Assembly: GCA_046596055.1 (NCBI GenBank)
Contig: JBKJNH010000098.1
Location: 1-42,399 of the forward strand
Direction of reading: 5' to 3'
DNA from: Candidatus Eiseniibacteriota bacterium
GTDB lineage: Bacteria > Eisenbacteria > RBG-16-71-46 > DASYSL01
DNA: 42,399 nucleotides
Below, piece by piece: positions 37,267-42,399 of the stretch; position 1 is the stretch's first letter; each line of letters starts with the position of its first letter. Both the position numbers and the translations under genes were made by a program. Under the pieces are notes generated by a model. It saw only the letters and a list, made by a program, of their open reading frames with translations, was not told the DNA's origin and ran no database searches.

Positions 37267-37437
37267 ATGAAGATGATCGGAAGCCTCGCCCTGGCGAGCG
37301 TCCTGCTGGGCGCCCCTGTCGCCCTGACCCCCGCGGCTGCGATGGACACGAACGCGGCGAAGCCGGTTGCGGCGTGTGAGATGCCGTCCTGCGACACGTG
37401 CGATACGTGCTGCTGCGGCGCGGATTGCACGCGGTAG
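37267..37437 (+). CDS. Small secreted cysteine-rich peptide precursor (56 aa)
   Basis: GGAGA lies 7 nt before ATG 37267. The Sec-type signal is MKMIGSLALASVLLGAPVALTPAAA-MD. The C-terminus CEMPSCDTCDTCCCGADCTR has 7 Cys in 20 residues. Third-position bias is coding-like. Two hairpins follow the stop. Confidence 0.5.
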   Translation: MKMIGSLALASVLLGAPVALTPAAAMDTNAAKPVAACEMPSCDTCDTCCCGADCTR

Positions 37438-37451
37438 CCTGCAGAACACGG

Positions 37452-37516
37452 CGCGCGTGAGGAACGCGCGTCCCGAAACGACGACGCCGGTCGGTCCGCG
37501 AGGATCGGCCGGCGTC
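37452..37516. terminator. Two GC-rich hairpins in the convergent gap between the Cys-peptide gene and the GH35 gene (candidate bidirectional terminator)
   Basis: The first is CGCGCGT-GAGGA-ACGCGCG (37452-37470, 7-bp stem). The second is GACGCCGGTCG...CGGCCGGCGTC (37483-37516, 11-bp stem with one G.T). There are no strong U-tracts. Confidence 0.35.
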
Positions 37517-37536
37517 GCTCGTTCACGAAAGAAGTC

Positions 37537-39930
37537 TCAGCGCAAGCGCAGGACCAGGACGTCGTCGGGGGCGAGCTCGAGGTGCAGCGTGCGGGCGTTG
37601 ACGGCACGGGCGCGCGAGCCGGCGAAGGTGAACGCGATCTCGATGCGCCCCGTGTAACCGAAGACCAGTGGGTCCGTGAGCCGCACGTCGCCGGTCTGCG
37701 GGCCCAGTCGATTGATCACGAACAGCATGCCGCCGTCGTCGCCGGCGTGGCCCACGATCTCGGCCTCGACGTCGGAGTGCACGTACGGCTCGACACCTCG
37801 GGCGGCGAGCATTCCGCGCGCGAACTGGCGCAGCGCGCGCCGATCCCGATGGGGCGTCGTGTAGTAGCGCGGGGTGAGATAGCGACCCGCCGGCTGCGTG
37901 CCGAGCACGGTGCTGGTTCCCCAGCCGTGGCTCACCTCGTAAGCGGCGGGTCGATTGCCGTCCCACAGTGGGCCCGGGCGAATGCCGGTTTCGGGATCGG
38001 CCGGCGTGGCAAACGTGTGGACCACGTAGTCCCCGCGAATCGACGGCGGGTTCGCATCGGGCAGCACCAGCGTCGGGGTTCCATCCGTTCTGGCGACCCA
38101 TGGATGCACGGCCAGGGGGCGCCCCTCCACCGGCGTGCGCAGGGCGTCGAGCAGCGGCTCGAAGAGGTCCATGATGTGCGACGACGAACGATGCCGGTCC
38201 GACAGCCACGGGCGCTCGAACAGGAAGTAGGGGACCATGCCGGCGAGCAGGGTCCACCACGTGCGCACGACGTCGAGCCGCCGCTCGGACTGCGGCGTGA
38301 GCGGGAACAGCGCGCGATAGTGCGCCGGTCGCCCGGCGAGATCACTGTCGGGCGGGCCAGGCGTGGTCACCAGGTGACCGCCTCCGGCGACGTAACCCTC
38401 GAGCTTCGCGTACGTATCCGTGTCGAGCATGCCCTTGGTCGTCAGGAACAGCACCTGCAGGTCCGCCAGCGGACGCGCCAGCAGTTCCGACAAGTCGACG
38501 ACACGCGGATTGATGCCGGCGCAGAGCAGGAGGGCATGCAAGCCGCCCTGCGACAGGAACTGCAGGTAGCGGTGGGGATCGACCTGCTCGGTGCCCCGGA
38601 AGTAGTCGGCGGCGGCGTAGCGGAAGTTCGGAAAGTAGATGCCAAAGCCGACCGGGTCGTGGATCTCCTCCATGCCGAGCAGTTCGTCTCCCCAGCGCTC
38701 CAGGAACGAGCCGACGCTCGAGAGAACGCGGTAGCGCGCCGTGGGGCGCCCGAACTCGTCGATCGGCGCGCCGAACTCATACGGTTCGCCGCTCGGCTCG
38801 CGCCCGTCGTGCGTGGTGAACATGCAGATACCGCGCGCGCCGTGCGCCAGCGAGCCGAACACGTTTTGCACCACGGCCGCATCCGACACCTTCGCGCGCG
38901 GATCGAACCAGCCGGTGCCCAGCTCGAACGCGATCGTCGGACGCTCGGGGCTGCGGTAGGCGGAGAAGATGCCCGGGTAGAGCGAGCTGGCGAACGGGAA
39001 GTCGGCGGTGAAGGCGCCGGACGAGGCCTTCGGATAGATGTCGTAGCCGACGAAGTCGATCTTCGCCGCGCCGTCGTCGCCGTGCAGGGGGCTGTGCTGG
39101 ATGCCCTGCTCGTTGTGCGTCAACGGCACCGGGACGCCGAGCTCGCGCGCGGTCGTGGCGAGGAAGCCAAGGTAGTCGTCGATCCACGACTCGAGGAAGG
39201 TCTGCCAGTCGGAGATCTGCGGCTGCGCCAGCGGAGGGCGCGGCGGCAGGATCTCCTCGAAGCCGGCGAACTTCACGCCCCACACCGCGGAGAGCGCGTC
39301 GATCGAGCCGTAACGGATCTCGAGCCAGGCGCGGTAGCGCCGGATCGTGTCGACGTTGAAGTCGATCTGGCCGACGCGATTGGCGAACAGCAGGCCGGTC
39401 TCGTTGTCGAGCTGCCACGATACGATCGGATCGTGCCACCACGGCGCCAGGAACGTGGCCAGGGCCGCGTACCAGGCGCGCGCGCGCGAGCGGTACACCG
39501 GGTGCCCGAGGGTGTGATTCCAGAAGAACTCGCCGCGGTCGCGCCGCCCGTCCCGCCGCACGACCACCGTGTCCGGGTAGCGGTCGCCGAGCCACATCGG
39601 GATGCCGAGTCCGTCGAACTCGGCGTAGATCAGCGGACCGGGTCGGGCCATGACGGCCAGGCCGACGTCGCGCGCGGTGTCGAGGAACGCAGCGAGATTG
39701 CGCGCCGGATGCGTCGTGCCGGTGAAGTCGAAGCGACCTTCCTCGGGCTCGTGCCAGACCCACGGAACGTAGGTCGACACCGCGTTCATCCCGGCGGCCT
39801 TGAGCCGCTCGAGCCCGGAGCGCCACAGCTCGGGACGGACGCGAAAGTAGTGGAGTTCCCCGTCGTAGAGGAACTGCCGTCGCCCGCCCAGGGTGAATGC
39901 GCCATCCCGGGCGCCGAGGGGTCCGATCAT
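37537..39930 (-). CDS. Glycoside hydrolase family 35-like beta-galactosidase (cytoplasmic)
   Basis: I start it at ATG 39930 (MIGPLGARDGAFTLGGRR...). GELHYFRVRPELWRSGLERLKAAGMNAVSTYVPWVWHEPEEGRFDFTG matches the GH35 N-terminal signature (G.IHYFR.P...W...L.K.KA.GLN...TYV.WN.HEP..G.FDF.G). There is no signal peptide. Confidence 0.75.
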   Translation of the reverse strand: MIGPLGARDGAFTLGGRRQFLYDGELHYFRVRPELWRSGLERLKAAGMNAVSTYVPWVWHEPEEGRFDFTGTTHPARNLAAFLDTARDVGLAVMARPGPLIYAEFDGLGIPMWLGDRYPDTVVVRRDGRRDRGEFFWNHTLGHPVYRSRARAWYAALATFLAPWWHDPIVSWQLDNETGLLFANRVGQIDFNVDTIRRYRAWLEIRYGSIDALSAVWGVKFAGFEEILPPRPPLAQPQISDWQTFLESWIDDYLGFLATTARELGVPVPLTHNEQGIQHSPLHGDDGAAKIDFVGYDIYPKASSGAFTADFPFASSLYPGIFSAYRSPERPTIAFELGTGWFDPRAKVSDAAVVQNVFGSLAHGARGICMFTTHDGREPSGEPYEFGAPIDEFGRPTARYRVLSSVGSFLERWGDELLGMEEIHDPVGFGIYFPNFRYAAADYFRGTEQVDPHRYLQFLSQGGLHALLLCAGINPRVVDLSELLARPLADLQVLFLTTKGMLDTDTYAKLEGYVAGGGHLVTTPGPPDSDLAGRPAHYRALFPLTPQSERRLDVVRTWWTLLAGMVPYFLFERPWLSDRHRSSSHIMDLFEPLLDALRTPVEGRPLAVHPWVARTDGTPTLVLPDANPPSIRGDYVVHTFATPADPETGIRPGPLWDGNRPAAYEVSHGWGTSTVLGTQPAGRYLTPRYYTTPHRDRRALRQFARGMLAARGVEPYVHSDVEAEIVGHAGDDGGMLFVINRLGPQTGDVRLTDPLVFGYTGRIEIAFTFAGSRARAVNARTLHLELAPDDVLVLRLR

Positions 39931-40030
39931 CGCGGCGGAGGCTCCATTCGCAGGGGGGATCACGAGACAGGGTTGCGACCGGCCCGCAGCACGGGTTCTC
40001 CAACGTAGCGAAGCCCGGCCCTGGCCACAA

Positions 40031-40064
40031 TGCAAAGGGGCGCATCCCCGAAGGGATGCGCCCC
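40031..40064 (-). terminator. Strong intrinsic terminator after the 40096-40875 gene
   Basis: The minus-strand RNA is GGGGCGCAUCCC-UUCG-GGGAUGCGCCCC, a perfect 12-bp stem with a UUCG tetraloop, followed by UUUGCAUUG. It sits 32 nt after the stop. Confidence 0.8.
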
Positions 40065-40095
40065 CGCATGATTCGTCAGCTCGAGAGTACCGCGA

Positions 40096-40875
40096 CTAGC
40101 GGTAGATCCCCTTGATGCCGCCCCACGTCGCCGGCGCCGCCGGAGTCGGACGCTCGCAGGCATCGATGAACGACGTGCCGACACCGACGTTGTCGACGGC
40201 CCAGTTCCAGTCCGCCGTGCCCGTGTAGGCCGGCGCCGCCGGAAGCGTGGAGGCCGAGTTGCTCTGGCGCAGCCCGAAGCCGCTGACCGCGAGCGGAGCG
40301 ATCGCGGCGTTGACGCTGACGACGCTCGGATCGGACTCGGCCGACGCATTCACCCACAGCGTCGACGACTTGGCAACGGGATCGTAGTTGATGACGACGC
40401 TGTACTGCGTGCCGTACGTGAGGGCCGAGGTCCACGGCGTGACACCCACGGTCGTCGAGGTGCTCGAGTGCGAGATGCCCAAGGTCCACTGGCCGTTGGC
40501 GAGCGGAAGGACGTACACACGCGACACGAGGCTCGCCGCGCCTCCGTCCTTCAGCGCCGCGAAGTAAATGGGCTTGGGCTGTCCGGCCGGAGCCGGGATC
40601 GTCACGTTGAAGCACGCAAAGGTCTTGGCGGTCACCGACTGCGGCGCGAACAGGATGTGGTCGTCGTTCTGGTTGTTCGGGATCCCGCCGCCGGTGGCCT
40701 CACCCGCGACGACCTGGATGTCGACGTTGGCGCCGCTGTAGTTCGCCCAGCCCCCGTTCGGAACGAGGTTGCCGTTCGGATAGCTGAAATACTCGGAGAC
40801 CAGGGTCGCCGCCATCGACGGGGCCGCAGCGGCCACGAAACCCAAAGTGACCAGCGCGAAAGCAATCTTCTTCAT
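40096..40875 (-). CDS. Secreted protein, unknown function (259 aa), ending in TWGGIKGIYR
   Basis: GGGAGA lies before ATG 40875. The signal peptide is MKKIAFALVTLGFVAAAAPSMA-AT. The composition is beta-rich and Ser/Thr/Asn-rich. I recognise no family. It has a dedicated terminator and a long 5' leader. Confidence 0.7.
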   Translation of the reverse strand: MKKIAFALVTLGFVAAAAPSMAATLVSEYFSYPNGNLVPNGGWANYSGANVDIQVVAGEATGGGIPNNQNDDHILFAPQSVTAKTFACFNVTIPAPAGQPKPIYFAALKDGGAASLVSRVYVLPLANGQWTLGISHSSTSTTVGVTPWTSALTYGTQYSVVINYDPVAKSSTLWVNASAESDPSVVSVNAAIAPLAVSGFGLRQSNSASTLPAAPAYTGTADWNWAVDNVGVGTSFIDACERPTPAAPATWGGIKGIYR

Positions 40876-41087
40876 GATGCGTCTCCCAACGTGGACAGGT
40901 GACCTCAGTGCGATGCGGGATGGCGGGGAAACCGCCCGACCCGGATCAGGGGCGACAAGGTGACGGCAATGGAAACCGAATCGAGGTCGTCGAGACGTTC
41001 GGGTTTCGGAAAGCCCACGGAGGAGACCAATTCAAAGGAATCGACGTGAGGTCGAACCAGAATCCTTACTGCTGAACGACCGTGGAA

Positions 41088-41116
41088 ATATTAGTCATTT
41101 CGGCCCGGAAAGTCAA
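41088..41116 (-). promoter_or_regulatory. Near-consensus sigma70-type promoter about 205 nt upstream of the 40096-40875 gene
   Basis: On the minus strand it reads TTGACT (41116-41111), a 17-nt spacer, then TAATAT (41093-41088). Each hexamer matches consensus at 5 of 6 positions. It lies in a locally AT-rich patch of a GC-rich spacer. Confidence 0.5.
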
Positions 41117-41269
41117 GGCAGCGCCTCACCACGGTCGAGCCCGTGCAGGGCAGCGGGTGTGGCTGCAAATCATTGTGGGGCCTCCAACTACAAGGCACCA
41201 TGGCGTTCAGCGTGGCGCTGGACGCGCTGCCGCCGGCCCCGTCCGACAGTCGCCCCGGGGCCTCGTGGC

Positions 41270-42061
41270 TCATGCTTGGGCTCCGTCCTTAAGGACGGGG
41301 CCCGTCGTGCTTCCAGGCTGCAGGATCATCCGAAGGCCGAGGACGAACAGCAGGAGGCCGAACAGGCGGCGCAGGATGTCCGCCGGCAGGGTGTGCGCCA
41401 GCGCCGCGGCCACGACAGCGGTCAAGACCGATGCGATCGCCACCGGAGCGACGATCGGCTTTTCCACGGCGCCCAGGCGCATCTGGGTCCACGCGCCGAC
41501 GATCGACGTCGGCACGATCATGAACAGCGACACGCCCTGTGCCTCATGTTGCGGCACGCCGAACAGCAGGGTGAGGATCGGCACCAGGATCACGCCGCCG
41601 CCGATCCCGAGAAGGCCGGCGAGCCAGCCGACCCAGAAGCCGACCCCGACCTCGATCAGCATGCCGGCCACACCGGGGACGACGAGCCAGTTCCCCTCCG
41701 GGAGGTGCGGCCACAGCAGGCGCAGGCCGACGACGGCGGCGAGGACGCCGAACATCCGCCGCAGCGCCGCCGCCGTGCGCCCGGCCGAGAACAGGGCGCC
41801 CAGCCGCACGCCGACGATCGAGCCGAGGGCGAGCAGCCCCGCGAGGCCCAGGTCGACCGGTCCGGCGATTCGATACGTGATCGCCGCCGCCGTTGCCGTG
41901 AAGACGAGAATCGCCAGCGACGTTGCCTGCGCCCGCTTCTGGTCGAGGCCCAGGAACCGGGTCAGCATCGGCACGAGCACGATGCCACCGCCGATGCCAA
42001 GGAGCCCGCTCGTGAGCCCGCCAATCAGGCCGATGGTGGAGGCGCGGACGGTTCGCGTCAC
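41270..42061 (-). CDS. Sulfite exporter TauE/SafE-family membrane protein
   Basis: I start it at GTG 42061, which overlaps the upstream stop (GTGA). The internally duplicated motif LLGIGGG.[IV]LVP.L appears twice (GLLGIGGGIVLVPML and GLLGIGGGVILVPIL). It has ~8 hydrophobic helices in 263 aa. Confidence 0.8.
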   Translation of the reverse strand: MTRTVRASTIGLIGGLTSGLLGIGGGIVLVPMLTRFLGLDQKRAQATSLAILVFTATAAAITYRIAGPVDLGLAGLLALGSIVGVRLGALFSAGRTAAALRRMFGVLAAVVGLRLLWPHLPEGNWLVVPGVAGMLIEVGVGFWVGWLAGLLGIGGGVILVPILTLLFGVPQHEAQGVSLFMIVPTSIVGAWTQMRLGAVEKPIVAPVAIASVLTAVVAAALAHTLPADILRRLFGLLLFVLGLRMILQPGSTTGPVLKDGAQA

Positions 42062-42399
42062 CGCATGCCACCGTAGTCGGACGCCGGCTTGCGTGCGACG
42101 ACCATGCAACGATCCCCGAGCGAGTTCGTGGACTGGGTCCACGCGACGTTGAGCGTGTCGAGCGCGGTGAGCGCCGCGCCGGTCAACGGATCGCGCCGAC
42201 GCGTGCGCGACGGCGGCGTCTTCGACTGGATGAAGGACTCGACGGTCAGACCCGCGCTCGTCATCAGCCCGCGCAACGGGCCGGGCGTGAACTCCCACAG
42301 GTGATACGGCGGCTCGTCGAGCCGCCACGTGCGACCCAGCACTTGCTGCGCAGCAAGTCCGAGTCGTCGCGCCAGCGAGTTCGTGGCCATCGGCCCGCG
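42058..42399 (-). CDS. Class I SAM-dependent methyltransferase, C-terminal part; 5' end lies outside the window
   Basis: ...HLWEFTPGPLRGLMTSAGLTVESF...GDRCMVVARKP is the typical C-terminal H(L/I)..F....L..L...AGF.V and .....v.A.K ending of Methyltransf_11/23-type enzymes. The ORF is open to the window edge. Confidence 0.5.
   Translation of the reverse strand, partial: RGPMATNSLARRLGLAAQQVLGRTWRLDEPPYHLWEFTPGPLRGLMTSAGLTVESFIQSKTPPSRTRRRDPLTGAALTALDTLNVAWTQSTNSLGDRCMVVARKPASDYGGMR

Noticed and set aside
37582-40008. An 808-aa plus-strand ORF opposite the GH35 gene. Similar cases: 9686-11446 (-) opposite S8, 13740-15716 (+) opposite the STK/OYE genes, 18116-19747 (+) opposite pruA, 31130-33436 (-) opposite the fusion gene, 7139-8713 (-) and 5149-6492 (-)
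   Set aside because: Each is antisense to a gene with recognisable family motifs and shows R/D/H/G-rich low complexity. No independent start signals are seen.
40876-41269. The possibility that the 394-bp spacer is an RNase P RNA or another housekeeping ncRNA, given its RNase P-like size and a GGAAAGTC string at 41107-41114
   Set aside because: The universally conserved GAGGAAAGUCCGGGC and ACAGAAxCCGGCUUA blocks are absent on both strands. I recognise no tmRNA, SRP or 6S hallmarks either. Only a generic long-leader interpretation is kept.

Overview
This is a 42.4-kb, high-GC (roughly 68-70% by eye), densely coding bacterial chromosomal segment with about 31 protein genes on both strands. I see no rRNA, tRNA, CRISPR array, transposase or integrase.

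Content falls into three groups:
- Housekeeping: ETF-QO tail, rluE, a DEAD-box helicase, pruA, rsgA, glgP, an OYE reductase, an SDR and a TauE exporter.
- Envelope and secreted proteins: a 14-repeat FG-GAP protein with a FlgD-Ig/T9SS-like tail, a MacA-type adaptor with two ATPase-less MacB/FtsX-type permeases, and several signal-peptide proteins.
- A dense signalling and protein-modification set: three Hanks-type Ser/Thr kinases with different sensor modules (TPR; TolB-N-like plus TPR; TM plus PD40 propeller), a DUF4032/RIO-like atypical kinase, a class-II Fic protein on a self-contained low-GC cassette, a HIT hydrolase, and two subtilases without signal peptides, one fused to a lipase-like alpha/beta hydrolase.

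Lineage cannot be determined here. The style resembles Gemmatimonadota/Acidobacteriota-like or related uncultured phyla, but that is inference only.

Candidates for something undescribed, in my order of interest:
1. The cytoplasmic hydrolase::subtilase fusion divergently paired with the PD40 kinase.
2. A two-gene cysteine-rich secreted pair after glgP (7 Cys in the last 20 residues of a 56-aa pre-peptide).
3. A shared C-terminal ...TWGx[VI]KxxYR-COOH tag on two unrelated secreted proteins.
4. A perfect 26-bp AT-rich palindrome in front of a decarboxylase-kinase operon.
5. The Fic cassette with a Shine-Dalgarno-led 18-codon mini-ORF and a terminator abutting rsgA.

All functional calls rest on motif recognition by eye. 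No homology search or folding was possible, so none of these is established as a new system.
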